Virus record (IMG/VR): IMGVR_UViG_3300032053_000002
Location: 62,001-126,000 of that record
Length of the DNA stretch: 64,000 nt
Direction: 5' to 3' (one strand)
A program made the position numbers and the translations under genes. Position 1 is the first letter of the stretch; each line of letters opens with the position of its first letter. Below the pieces are notes generated by a model. That model saw nothing but the letters and a program-made list of their open reading frames with translations. It was not told the DNA's origin and ran no database searches. This document shows, in pieces, positions 49,493 through 60,782 of the stretch.

Positions 49493-50995
49493 CTATTTCG
49501 AATCCAAAACATCTCGTACCCGTTTAAGTATAGTCAGTGGAGTAACCGGTTTTTCAATAAAATTAATATTTTCGTGTAGTATTCCATAATGTACTATTGT
49601 ATTATCAGTATATCCTGACATATATAATGTTTTAATTTTTGGGTATTTTTTGATTAGATTTTCTACTAATTCTACTCCATTCATTTTTGGCATAACGACA
49701 TCAGTTAATACAATGTCGATTGGAACATTAAGTGTTTCCACTTTTTCTAATGCGATCACACCATTTGAAGCCATAATTACGGTATATCCAGAATTTTCTA
49801 AACGGTCTTTTATAAGATTTCTAACTTCTAGTTCATCTTCTACTAATAATACTGTTTCGGTTCCTCTTATATCGTTTTCATTTATTTTATCAACCAAAAA
49901 GCGTTTTACGGCAATATCATCAGTTGAAGGAAAATAAATATAAAATGTTGCTCCGTGCCCAGGTTCACTTTCTGCCCAAATATGTCCATTACTTTGTTTA
50001 ACAATGCCGTATACCACAGGCAAGCCAAGACCGGTTCCTCTTCCCAATGGTTTAGTCGTAAAAAATGGTTCAAATAATCGATCCTTTACTTCTTTAGTCA
50101 TTCCTACGCCAGTATCTGAAATAGAAATCAAAACAAATGAACCTCTTTTATCAAATGGTTCGATGGATTCAACGTTTTCAGTTTTTATTACCAATTTTCC
50201 CCCATCTGGCATAGCATCAATCGCGTTTATACAAATATTTATTAAAACTGATTGAAATTGAACCGTATCTATTTTAATATTTTTAATATCTGGGGATAGA
50301 TTTAAAGAAAAATCAATGTCTTCTTTTATAAACTGACTTAAAAAATCTTTTTGTTCGGATAAAAATTGATTTGGGTCAACAGTTTCCATTTTCATCATTT
50401 GTTTTTTACTAAATGCTAAAAGTCGTTTTACAAATTTTTCTGCCCGTTCACTCGCACGAAAAATTTTTCCAACTTTAACTTGTTCATTTGAATCTGGAAC
50501 TAATTTATTCATTAGCTCTTCGCTATATCCTTTTATAACGGTTAAAATATTATTAAAATCATGTGCGATACCGCCCGCTAATAAACCAACGGCTTCTAAT
50601 TTAGAAGTATTTTTTAATTGGTCTTCTAAAACAGTTTTTTCATTTTCAAGGCACGTTATATCTCTAACATAAACAATCCCAAGCGTTTCATTGTCATGAT
50701 TAAAAAATTTTGCATATACTTCGCATGAAAATGAACTACCATCTTTTTTTCTATTAATAGTTCTAGTAAAGAATTTTCCTGTTTTTTTACCGATTTCCAT
50801 TAATTTAGGCAGAGTCATTTTATAATATTCTTCCGAAGTTAAATCATGTACATTTAATATAGATTTAAATTCTTCGCGTGTATATCCGTATAATTCAATG
50901 GCAGTTTGATTACAATCTAAAATAGTACCATCTAATTTTTCTAAAAAAATTGCGTCCGGTGACGTATCAAGTATTAAATCAAAAAATCTTTTCAT
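49493..50995 (-). CDS. Hybrid sensor histidine kinase (PAS-HisKA-HATPase-REC)
   Basis: GIAHDFNN H-box, NAIDAM, DTGVG, FEPFFTTK, GTGLGL; receiver LVEDE..TDVVMP..EKP. Confidence 0.96.
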   Translation of the reverse strand: MKRFFDLILDTSPDAIFLEKLDGTILDCNQTAIELYGYTREEFKSILNVHDLTSEEYYKMTLPKLMEIGKKTGKFFTRTINRKKDGSSFSCEVYAKFFNHDNETLGIVYVRDITCLENEKTVLEDQLKNTSKLEAVGLLAGGIAHDFNNILTVIKGYSEELMNKLVPDSNEQVKVGKIFRASERAEKFVKRLLAFSKKQMMKMETVDPNQFLSEQKDFLSQFIKEDIDFSLNLSPDIKNIKIDTVQFQSVLINICINAIDAMPDGGKLVIKTENVESIEPFDKRGSFVLISISDTGVGMTKEVKDRLFEPFFTTKPLGRGTGLGLPVVYGIVKQSNGHIWAESEPGHGATFYIYFPSTDDIAVKRFLVDKINENDIRGTETVLLVEDELEVRNLIKDRLENSGYTVIMASNGVIALEKVETLNVPIDIVLTDVVMPKMNGVELVENLIKKYPKIKTLYMSGYTDNTIVHYGILHENINFIEKPVTPLTILKRVRDVLDSK

Positions 50996-51017
50996 TGCCG
51001 ATCTCCTTCAATAAAAG

Positions 51018-51097
51018 AACCCCGAGCGGGATTTGAACCCGCCTTTTCAGCTCCATCTACGAATAGAAGTTTAGGAAACTCCCTCGGCTATCGGGGC
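51018..51097 (-). tRNA. Non-cloverleaf tRNA-Arg-like RNA (CCT)
   Basis: GGAGT TT CCT AA ACTTC after GCCGAG; ATTCGTAGATGGAGCTGAAAAG; T-arm. Confidence 0.75.
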
Positions 51098-51395
51098 AAA
51101 ATTATTTTTTCCTCTTTTTTCTGGCCGCTGGCGGTATAGGTGGACGAGAAGTAGATGGCGGATAATTTTTTCCACCCTTAACAGTTTTGCCTTCGGTCAA
51201 TAATGGAAAGTCGGGTTTAGAATTTTTCACGACTTCCGATAAAGCATCAACCACAACTTGCTCCATTGTTTTTCCAACTTTGTTGGCATACGCTTCCAAC
51301 TTTTTAAATAAGTCATTATCCAAATCGATTTCCACGTCCACATACTTTTTCATTTTTTCTTTTTTCATAACTCTTTCCTTTATTTAATATAAATA

Positions 51396-52073
51396 TCATT
51401 TATTTCCGAAATATTTATTTATTTTATCATTTATTGTTTCCACCATTTTCATATTTTCGAATATTATGTCGCGAAACTCTTTTAAGTTTTTCGCCGTTGG
51501 AAATTTCACGGTTTTCTTCTGGCGAAAATAATACTCATTTTCTCTGGTAATATTTAAAACGCCTATTTTCTGAAATGGAATGTGAAAGCGCTCAATCATT
51601 TGCGGTTTATCATCCAATAAATAATCACCGTTAAATAATTGTTTCTCTTTGGTAAAAATCAAATCATCATATACATTATCAACATTTTCATTCAACCATT
51701 CTATTGTCGCAATTCTCGCCGCCGTTGTTTCCTGATGCGTAGAAATGACTATTCGACAACCTGGTATTTTGTTTTTTAATATGACGATATGATTTTTCCA
51801 CTCATCCACCGATATTAACGGCTTCGCATTTCTGAAAATGTCGTAACTGGTTTTCGGGTTTTCAAAGAATACCGTGTTGCATAACTCTTCCGCCTTCTTG
51901 GCTACTTTTGGATCGAACATTCCATCAAATCCCCAACCCGTTGATTTGCCGCGAGGCAATTCATACTTTTTAAGTTCCGGATGAACTTTATAAAGCACTA
52001 CCATCGCATAACCGATGAAATTTCTTAAAACGCCGTCGCAATCATGATGTATAGTTATTATTTTATTTTCCAT
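51396..52073 (-). CDS. 5'(3')-deoxyribonucleotidase-like HAD protein
   Basis: DCDGVL, ISTH, K..F.GDYLLDDKP. Confidence 0.82.
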   Translation of the reverse strand: MENKIITIHHDCDGVLRNFIGYAMVVLYKVHPELKKYELPRGKSTGWGFDGMFDPKVAKKAEELCNTVFFENPKTSYDIFRNAKPLISVDEWKNHIVILKNKIPGCRIVISTHQETTAARIATIEWLNENVDNVYDDLIFTKEKQLFNGDYLLDDKPQMIERFHIPFQKIGVLNITRENEYYFRQKKTVKFPTAKNLKEFRDIIFENMKMVETINDKINKYFGNK

Positions 52074-52343
52074 TTTACTTTTCTTCCAGTTTAATGTCGT
52101 GATATATTTTGTTAATTATATTTAATATATGTTTTGATATAGTTATTTCCATATCCGCAACTATAAGCCTTCTTAACTTGCCAATGGATGAATAAATGGC
52201 TCGAATATCATTTTCAGTATAAAAGTTTACTGAATTTGACGAACGCAAAAACGTCCACCCGGGTGCATTACTCAACAGCCAATCAATTTTATTTAAAATA
52301 ATATTTTTATCAGCGAAATCAAATATTCTATAATAAGTAAAAC

Positions 52344-52760
52344 TCATGTAGCTATCACTTTCGAAACAAGTTCTAGTGCTTCTCGCAACGATAACAGTTC
52401 TCCTTTTTCATTTATCATATTTTCTCGTGCATACTTTACCGCGTGAATTTTTCCATGTAATTTATAAATGTGAAAAATGTGTAATTTATGTATTTCATCT
52501 TCGGGCATTTCTTTTATCGTTACCCCCTTTTCGGTCATATACTTTTCTATCAATTTGTGTTTTTTATAAATAAAATTCGCACGCGCCATATCTTCAATAG
52601 AAAAACGAGAATTTTTTTCTATTTCATCAACTATTTTTAGAATGTCTAACAAATCTGGCGGAAATAACCACGAATCGTCGTCTTCATAATTTTTTTTAAT
52701 TAGTACGGTAACCGTACGCAATTTTTTTAAAATTTCTGTTTTCTTTTCGGCTTCTTCCAT
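52344..52760 (-). CDS. Protein with bL12 C-terminal-like motif
   Basis: KIHAVKYARE...LSLREALELV. Confidence 0.5.
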   Translation of the reverse strand: MEEAEKKTEILKKLRTVTVLIKKNYEDDDSWLFPPDLLDILKIVDEIEKNSRFSIEDMARANFIYKKHKLIEKYMTEKGVTIKEMPEDEIHKLHIFHIYKLHGKIHAVKYARENMINEKGELLSLREALELVSKVIAT

Positions 52761-53758
52761 TTTCTAACAACTTAATTTTCGTTCAATATATCAAGTCTTT
52801 CTGGCGCAGTAACATTCCAAATAGATTTGCTCTCTAAATAAATACTTTTTCGCCACTCTTTAAGCATAGTGATAGCCGTCTTATAATCTTCATCTATAAG
52901 AACCCATAAAATTCGTCTGGCTTCAAGTCCTCGATAATTATCAAATCTCGCAAATATTTGCGATAAATCATCTTCCACCAGTTTAGAATTTCCGGATGAT
53001 ATTTCCTGTATCCACGTTGTTATGTCGTGAATAAGCTTTGGATTTTGCCTACTCCGTTTTGTTCGAAACGTCATTTTTGCTGCGTCCATATTTTTTACTC
53101 CCAATTATTTTTTTATGTTGTTTATTTCTAATGTCTTCTATGTCGATTTCTTGCTTCATTTCAACTTCAATTTGAAGTTTCATTCTAAATGGATTTGTCA
53201 TACTCCATGTTCTTTTGACCGAAATAATATTATATTTTTTCTTTAAATTATTCAATACTTTATTCACATTAAAAAAATAAGTATTAAATGATATTTCAAA
53301 GGTGTATCTTTTCTGAATTATTTTATCCATAATACAATATACTAAAATGAACGTTAAAAGTCAAGTAATATTTTATTCGTCAGATTCTTCGGATATGTTA
53401 TCAATAACGTCTAAATCAAAATTATCTATTAAAAAATGCCACGAAGGCGTTCTGTCTTCCAGTGGAACGGTAGATAGTATTTTACCAACATCGAGACGAC
53501 CAACTTTAAACGCAGTATACTCTTTATCACTATCAATATATTCTATCAGCTCCGGCACATTCGCGCGGTTGCATATATATTCCAACAGAAGTGAAAATAT
53601 ATCAAGCTCCCACAAGAAAGTATCCAGTCCCTCAACCTGTTCCTTAACAAAATCTGAAAATTCCTTCGCGTCTATTGCCGATCCTTCCATCCATTCAATG
53701 AATTCATCTAATTGGTTATCATCAAGGTTAAACAATTCTTTTATTAAGTCATCCATAA

Positions 53759-54058
53759 TCATGCCGCATCTCCTTTTTGGATTTTTGTTACTATTCCCAG
53801 TTTGTCAAATTGTTTTTTTAAATTATTTATATAATCATTGTCGCCGTCGGCGATAATGGTTTCTCCGGTATAGTGTGCTTCAGCGGCTCGTTTCAGCGCG
53901 TCATCAAACTCCATATCGCAGACTTCCACCAGCGCGTCCATGATATATTCCGCTTCATTGGTATCATCGTTCACCAGAACCAACACGGCGAAAGACCTAT
54001 CAATGTTTATATCGTGTTTTATTCCTTCATCATTTAAAATACTCGTCAACTCTTTCAT
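53759..54058 (-). CDS. clpS: ClpS-like protease adaptor
   Basis: VLVNDDTNEAEYIMDAL...A...A.EAHYTG. Confidence 0.75.
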   Translation of the reverse strand: MKELTSILNDEGIKHDINIDRSFAVLVLVNDDTNEAEYIMDALVEVCDMEFDDALKRAAEAHYTGETIIADGDNDYINNLKKQFDKLGIVTKIQKGDAA

Positions 54059-54279
54059 TTTTTATTTACTCCTTAATTTTTGTAACATTCTAATAAAACT
54101 CTCGTATATTAATATAAATAGAAGAGAACGATGATATGAAACACTTTCTAATTTATATAGTATGTTTTTTAATTTCATTTCCATTTGCGTATATAATTGT
54201 CGCGGATATAATCGATATTTATAAACGATTTCACTCGTATCTGTATATAATTATATCCAAAATATTTTAGGAGAATATT

Positions 54280-54597
54280 ATGCATTCGCTAGTACCTATT
54301 GCGTTTTTTGCAATGATTGTTCTAATAGTCAAATTTATTTCTGACAACAAGATACGAAAAAAAATCATAGAGGCCGGAAATCTTAACCAGAGTTTAAAAT
54401 ACCTCTGGGAAAAGTCATACGCACGTAAACCGTTACAATCACTTAAAGTTGGAGCAATTGCTGTCGCGATTGGACTAATCTTTTTAGTCGGCTCAATTAG
54501 CAAATTTGAAGAGTTGGTTATCGCCGGTGCGTCTCTAGTTTCAGTTGGAATCATATACATCATATATTATTTTATTGAACATAAAAAAGAAAATTAA
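54280..54597 (+). CDS. Small membrane protein (DUF6249-like)
   Basis: Plus-strand gene with AGGAG SD; three hydrophobic segments, SLKVGAIAVAIGL. Confidence 0.65.
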   Translation: MHSLVPIAFFAMIVLIVKFISDNKIRKKIIEAGNLNQSLKYLWEKSYARKPLQSLKVGAIAVAIGLIFLVGSISKFEELVIAGASLVSVGIIYIIYYFIEHKKEN

Positions 54598-55481
54598 AAA
54601 CCGATTTCTTTAGATAGTTGCGGAGTCCATCCACCAAGTTCTCGAAATCGATATGATATTAGGTTCTGGATTTCAACCTCTTCTTCCAATTTTTCGCGGA
54701 AATTAGTTTCGTCGATGAAGTTCATCCCCGGACTCGGCAAAAATCTTTGCCAAATCGCCAATCGAAATTTATCCGCATTCATGACTTGCTCTTTTGTTGG
54801 ATAATTCATTTTAAATCCTCTTTTTTTATATTATGTTTTTTTATTATTTTATTTATTCCTTCAATCGCACTAGCACGAAATACATCGTTTTCCTGTAATT
54901 CAGTTAACGCGCTAGATATATAAAAACTTTCGTAATCCGTATCTGTTCTTTCATCAATTTTACTTAGTAATTTCGACAACGCATTGATAATAAATTCTTT
55001 TTTATATTTTATTATAACGGTTATCCATTCCGGAATAGCCATATCATATTTTTTAAAATGTTCTTTCGCCATCGGCACGTTCTCGATATATAATATATCA
55101 TTGTTACCCACAACTCTAAAATATATGTTTTCAATTCTGTGTAATAGTAATATAGAATCCGCTACAATTTTTTCTGAATTTCGTAACATTTCAGGAATAG
55201 ATTTATATTTCGAAAATGGATACGGAACTTTATCCATTTTTACGGCCAAATCAAATCTTCCCGTCCCACCCAAAAAGCAATCTTCACTATCCGTAATTTC
55301 TACTATTCCCGGAATAGCCGTGCACATTTGCGGTTGGTCTTTAAATCTAAACGCTCTCATGTTTGTTTAGAAAACCAATTCTTCTGATTTTTCGTTTTTA
55401 TTGGGAATCGAATTCAGCATTTCCAATTCTTCTTCCAAAGTTAAATAAAACTTGTAATCGTCATTAAACATTTTTATATCC

Positions 55482-55910
55482 TCATTTTTTGTATTTTTTA
55501 TAAATCGTATTCAATTGTTTAACATCTTCTTCTGTTAGTTTTGTAGATAAAAACCGAGTTGTACTGATTCTTCCGGTGCCGTCTATTTGAACGAATTTGT
55601 CTTTCAACATTTTCACATATTTTTTGTCGGCTCTAAACATCGAATCTCCCATTCCACCCGTTGTTTTAGTTAATACTTCATACAAACGATACACCCTCAG
55701 CCATATATAAAACTTGTCGCAAATGTATTTAAGTCTTTCCAGTTGATTGCGAAATGTGTAATTAGTGCTTAACATCTGATTTAACAATATAATGTTAATT
55801 CTATTGTCAGGACCGACTTCAATGTCGGTAATTTTTATTTCGTCGACATAATAACTATACCTTTGCAGATTTGACGTTGGCGAATTCCTAATTAATGTGG
55901 TTTTTTTCAT
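55482..55910 (-). CDS. Tandem paralog family member
   Basis: CDKFYIWLR..RLYE..KYV..LK..LNTIYKKY. Confidence 0.75.
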   Translation of the reverse strand: MKKTTLIRNSPTSNLQRYSYYVDEIKITDIEVGPDNRINIILLNQMLSTNYTFRNQLERLKYICDKFYIWLRVYRLYEVLTKTTGGMGDSMFRADKKYVKMLKDKFVQIDGTGRISTTRFLSTKLTEEDVKQLNTIYKKYKK

Positions 55911-55915
55911 TCTAT

Positions 55916-56368
55916 CTATCTATACTTTTTATAAATTTCATTTAACTTAAAAATATCGGCTTCTTCTATACTATTGACTCTAGAAAGAAACCAGGTCATT
56001 AACTTTCCACTGTTCATGTTGGCAATACCATCTTTTAATTCTTTTACATAATTCAACGTTCCAACTTTAGCATTTTTAGAAATTAAAAGTTCGTATAAAG
56101 TATGCAATCGTAGCCATATATAAAACTTATCACACGCATACAAAACTTCTTCCGTAATTTTTTGTTTATCTCCGCCAAAATGAGAGATCGGAACCGTATA
56201 ATCTATATTAAATATTTGATTTAGTAATGAAATCCTAATGGCCGGCCCCAGCGACTTTTCACCCCTATCAAATACTTCGATTTCTGTAATGCAATTCCCG
56301 CGTGAATGGTACTCATACACGGCGGATTTTGAATCGATATTAATTTCAACTAATTTAGATGTTTTCAT
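55916..56368 (-). CDS. Tandem paralog family member
   Basis: CDKFYIWLRL..LNEIYKKY. Confidence 0.75.
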   Translation of the reverse strand: MKTSKLVEINIDSKSAVYEYHSRGNCITEIEVFDRGEKSLGPAIRISLLNQIFNIDYTVPISHFGGDKQKITEEVLYACDKFYIWLRLHTLYELLISKNAKVGTLNYVKELKDGIANMNSGKLMTWFLSRVNSIEEADIFKLNEIYKKYR

Positions 56369-56471
56369 TTTTTATCTTATCTTTTAATATAACTAATATA
56401 ATCATTCCCGAACTACCAGTCAAGAATTATTTTTAAATATTGTGATTTTTTTCACATACCCGAATCCTTAC

Positions 56472-56987
56472 CTAATATGGGTTCGCACCTTTATACTTTT
56501 TATAAATTTCATTTAACTTAAAAATATCGGTTTCAGTTATACGCGCCGCCGTAATAGTCAGTCTTGTGTTTTTATCTTTAATGAATCGGCTTTTCAATTC
56601 ATTTACATAACGCAAATCGTTCGCAAATGAAGACAAATCCACACTTACTCCGATAGTTATTAAATCGGCGCCAACATAATATCTTTCTATCATCTTGTAA
56701 AGTTTGTCTAATCGTCGCCAGATATAATATCTATTACACGTTATCAAGCAATTATCCTGATTTGAAACCGCAAAAGTATAGTCGTGTAATTCCAAACGTT
56801 CATTTAATTCAGGAATCAATATTTCGTAGCAACTCATTGTTTCTCGGATGTCAACGCGAAAAAGTTGATATTTACCCATACGATATAGATATACTCGCCA
56901 GGTACCGAACAACGCTCCAGTTATTATCTGATAAGATTTGTCAGTATATAATAAACTTCTATTGCCGATTTTTATTATACTTCGCAT
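56472..56987 (-). CDS. Tandem paralog family member
   Basis: CNRYYIWRRL..LNEIYKKY. Confidence 0.75.
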   Translation of the reverse strand: MRSIIKIGNRSLLYTDKSYQIITGALFGTWRVYLYRMGKYQLFRVDIRETMSCYEILIPELNERLELHDYTFAVSNQDNCLITCNRYYIWRRLDKLYKMIERYYVGADLITIGVSVDLSSFANDLRYVNELKSRFIKDKNTRLTITAARITETDIFKLNEIYKKYKGANPY

Positions 56988-57471
56988 ATATTCCGTTTAA
57001 TTTTTTAATAGTTGATTTGCATATTTTTGGAGTGTGTCCTGCAAAATTAGTATAAATTGCGCCCTTAGAAATATGAGAAAACCCCACTTTTAGTTTGGAA
57101 ACATATCTTTTGTCTTTCAAATCAAAATTTTTCGCGGAAGAATTTATTAGCTCAAAAAGATTCTGTAGCCTTTTCCAAAAATAAAATCTATTACATATTC
57201 TTAAACACTCCGCAAGACACTCCGACGGTATTGCAAAAAAATCATTGTTGGGATCAGAAGAAAGCGTCGGCACGTATATGGTATAGTCAGGTATCGATAA
57301 ATATTTTTGGAGTTCCATTATTTGTATTTTATTAAACGTATGACAAATATCAACTCTCGAAATAAGTACATCGTTTACTTTATAATGATATACGTACCAG
57401 AGATCATCCAGGGTATCAAACACGGTAGTAATATAGTCCAATTTTCTATTATTAATTTCGGAGTTTTGCAT
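56959..57471 (-). CDS. Tandem paralog family member
   Basis: CNRFYFWKRL..LNGIYAKY. Confidence 0.75.
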   Translation of the reverse strand: MQNSEINNRKLDYITTVFDTLDDLWYVYHYKVNDVLISRVDICHTFNKIQIMELQKYLSIPDYTIYVPTLSSDPNNDFFAIPSECLAECLRICNRFYFWKRLQNLFELINSSAKNFDLKDKRYVSKLKVGFSHISKGAIYTNFAGHTPKICKSTIKKLNGIYAKYNKNRQ

Positions 57472-57946
57472 ATATTTTATTCAGTTTTATAATGTCTTCT
57501 TTAGTTAAAATCGGCCCGGTCCGGGCTTGAAAATCGGTGAATAATATCCTATTTTTATCCTGTATGGCGAATTTATGCATTAAAGATACGACATATTGCT
57601 GCATTTTCGCCATTTCATCCGAACCATCTTTACTATAAACGGTTGCGAGATAAAGGTTATTTAACCTGTACCATATATAAAATCTATTGCATATTTTTAA
57701 GTATTCGTCCATTGATTGTGCGACTTTTTTTACTCGTATACAATAATCTGGTCTGTCATAATATTCATTTAAGAAAATTATTTTTATCAATCCCCCAGGA
57801 TCTAAAGAAATGTAAACATTAGTTATGGCGACATCATCTACTTTATATTCATATACGTCCCACTGGGTAATCGTGGCGACCTTTCCCGTAGAATCTTTCA
57901 CTATTTCACTACGACCACCAACTTTTGTTAAAGTTTTATTTTCCAT
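57452..57946 (-). CDS. Tandem paralog family member
   Basis: CNRFYIWYRL..LNKIYAKL. Confidence 0.75.
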   Translation of the reverse strand: MENKTLTKVGGRSEIVKDSTGKVATITQWDVYEYKVDDVAITNVYISLDPGGLIKIIFLNEYYDRPDYCIRVKKVAQSMDEYLKICNRFYIWYRLNNLYLATVYSKDGSDEMAKMQQYVVSLMHKFAIQDKNRILFTDFQARTGPILTKEDIIKLNKIYAKLRN

Positions 57947-58448
57947 ACGGCGGTCTATATATTTTATAAAGTTTATTTAAAAGTTTAACTTCGTTGGGGA
58001 CTAGTCCCAATTTTGAGTGGTGTTCTATGTGGTACGGAATTTTATTCAATATTCCACCGCGCGGACATTTCACAAAAAGGTGTTTTTTTAAATTTTCAAC
58101 ATACCGGAGGTTCTCTTCGTGTATTCCAAGTTCGTGTCTGGTTAGTTCATTAACTACACTATAATTAGACATCATAACAGACAATAATTGTAGTCTATAC
58201 CAAATATAAAATACATCACACGCGACGTTTAAATTACCGGTAATAGTTTGATGTGGTCTCGGAGTTATTTTGATACTATAACTTTGGTCGCCTATAATAT
58301 CGTTTAATATCTGGATTCGAATTACCCAACTATTGTTGTGATTTTGGCTCAAATAAACACGAGTTAGAAAGTTGCCGTTAGTATCGTAATTGTACTCGAA
58401 TAAATCTTCGTCTCGCTCGTGTCTAATATAAACTAATTTTTTATCCAT
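57936..58448 (-). CDS. Tandem paralog family member
   Basis: CDVFYIWYRL..LNKLYKIY. Confidence 0.75.
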   Translation of the reverse strand: MDKKLVYIRHERDEDLFEYNYDTNGNFLTRVYLSQNHNNSWVIRIQILNDIIGDQSYSIKITPRPHQTITGNLNVACDVFYIWYRLQLLSVMMSNYSVVNELTRHELGIHEENLRYVENLKKHLFVKCPRGGILNKIPYHIEHHSKLGLVPNEVKLLNKLYKIYRPPYGK

Positions 58449-58532
58449 TTTTTCCCGCGGGTTTCAATTATAAAATAAAATCTTGCTTGCCGTGCAAATC
58501 TTGCCCGGACACTTTTTGCAACCAATATATTT

Positions 58533-58641
58533 CGCAACCATATTTATTAACTTCTCGCTCGCAACCATATTTATTAACTTCTCGCTCGCAACCATATTTA
58601 TTAACTTCTCGCACGCAACCACATTCATTAATCTTTCGTTA
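58533..58641. repeat. 27-bp tandem repeat (3 near-identical + 1 degenerate copy)
   Basis: CGCAACCATATTTATTAACTTCTCGCT units; encodes VASEKLINM repeats in ORF 58464-58646. Confidence 0.9.
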
Positions 58642-58958
58642 CGCAACGAACACTTTTCTTTAATCTAATCTCAATATCTATTAATTTTTCGCATAGTGGG
58701 CACTTAAATGGAAACCAATTCCAATTCATCATCGTATTTTTTTCACCGCAGTGAGGACACGTAAAATCGGCCGTTATCTGTTTAATTTTAATCATAATAA
58801 CACCTCAATCAATAATATCCAAAGACTAACTAAAATAATATTTAAAATCGCTCCCATAGGATTAAACTTGAATTTTTCAGTATACCAACCGTATCCTTAT
58901 GCTGCCGTACACGCTCCAATAGTAAAACATCCCGCAAAAATCAAAAGTCGGTTCATAT

Positions 58959-59576
58959 TTAACCCTTGCTAAAAAACTCTTTCATTAAATAACTTATTAT
59001 TAATTTACTCTTATTCTTAATATGCAATTTAAGTTCGGAGTGTACTTCTAAACCAATCCTAATACGCAAACATTCAACTGGCGACAAACATTTCTTTGCT
59101 AAAGTCATTATATAATTACGTGCCGCTTCTTCAGTATGATTCTCATTTTCTTTTATACAAAAATGATGCCCTACCTCATGCGCAAGAGTATATATATCAA
59201 AATCTTTTATCAATTCAATACATGGATATTCTGGTATTGTTTTTATGGCAAACCCTTTCGGAAATCCAAACGTCTTTTCAATATCTCTGATTTGATTATA
59301 TAATTCTTTTCCTTTATCATTCAAATAAACATATCTCCCACATGCGGCTTGAAGCATCGTTTCTTTATCGGCTAAAGGCGATATATTATTTAGTTTATAT
59401 ATATCGTCATAAAGTTTTATTGGGATGCCTTCCTGTTCGCAAATCCCTAACAGCTTGCTTCTGAATTTCTCTAATACCTTTTTTTCTTCTTTCCTGTTTA
59501 ACTCAAAGAAAGAAATTTTCATTGAAAATATTAAACACGCCCATGTAATTATGGCGCAAATAATAATAATTATCAT
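58959..59576 (-). CDS. Membrane-anchored HExxH protein
   Basis: N-terminal TM; TLAHEVGHH. Confidence 0.65.
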   Translation of the reverse strand: MIIIIICAIITWACLIFSMKISFFELNRKEEKKVLEKFRSKLLGICEQEGIPIKLYDDIYKLNNISPLADKETMLQAACGRYVYLNDKGKELYNQIRDIEKTFGFPKGFAIKTIPEYPCIELIKDFDIYTLAHEVGHHFCIKENENHTEEAARNYIMTLAKKCLSPVECLRIRIGLEVHSELKLHIKNKSKLIISYLMKEFFSKG

Positions 59577-60782
59577 AATATTTTCTCCGGAAACAAAATT
59601 TTGCGTCGTCTTTCGAGTTCCTTTTTGGTATCAGACGGAATCAGTTGCACTTTCATTACTCTGTCGCCGTTTCTCCAGCATGCTTTCCACGATTTATTAG
59701 CAGATTTTGCGTGTTCTTTTACGGCCTGTCGCCGAGTGAGCCACGTTTTTGGGTAGAATCCATCTTTACCGATGATTGCCCACATAATGATTTTTTTCAT
59801 GTTGTGTCTTTCCATATTTTATTTAATTCCTTAATATCATTTAGAGATAGTTTTCCGTTATTCATAAAGTTTTTATATATATTTATAGTATCAGCTGAGC
59901 GAATCGTTTCAAATAACTTTGCAAATTTATCGTAAATACGATTGAACTTTTCAATGTGTTCTATATTAGATATATGAAATTCGACTGCAGAATGATTTGT
60001 CTTTGTTTGATATGCTATTTCATCTTTAATTTCTTTAATGTCCGAATATACAAATATATAATTTGTGTTCCGATTTCCATAAAAAAATGTTTTTTCGATT
60101 CGGTATAGGTCATTTGTATCATTTACGAATACTAAATGCGGATGATGATATATTTCGCGTATTAACGAAAAATGCTGAAATACATCGGGAAGTTTTGTTT
60201 TTTTTATATCCGATAGGTAAATATACGGGTTCATCGCATTCTGTAACTTCTAATATTCCGGGAATGGTGTGTATATACTTATACTTTTTTGTAAATTCAA
60301 ATGTATTTAACATAATTTATTTACTTTTCAATTTAAAGTTAGCCGTCAATCGTATTGTCGACATATCCGGTTACTTTATGCCAATATAACCAAATATTCG
60401 CCTCTTCTGCTGATTTGAACTTTGGAGCACCTGGAAACGCTTCTTCGTTATTATCGTTTCGTGTTAGTTGCCCAGTTTTTAAGTTCAGAGTGTAATAGTA
60501 ATTTTCTTCTTGATTTTCCATGATTTTCTTTCTTTTTATTTATAATTAAATATAACAAATTTAATACTCAAAGTCAACTGTTATTTTTTGTTGTAAATTA
60601 CTATAATAGTAACGGCCGTTATTTCAAATATAATACTTAAAGTCAACTGTTATTTGTTATAAACTATTATAATGATGACGGTTACCTGTTATACTGCTAA
60701 TAGGTTATCGTTAGGGTATTGTATTCTCTATTTATTATTAGTGTATTATTATTTTAAATTTTAATTTAGGGGAGAAAATATT

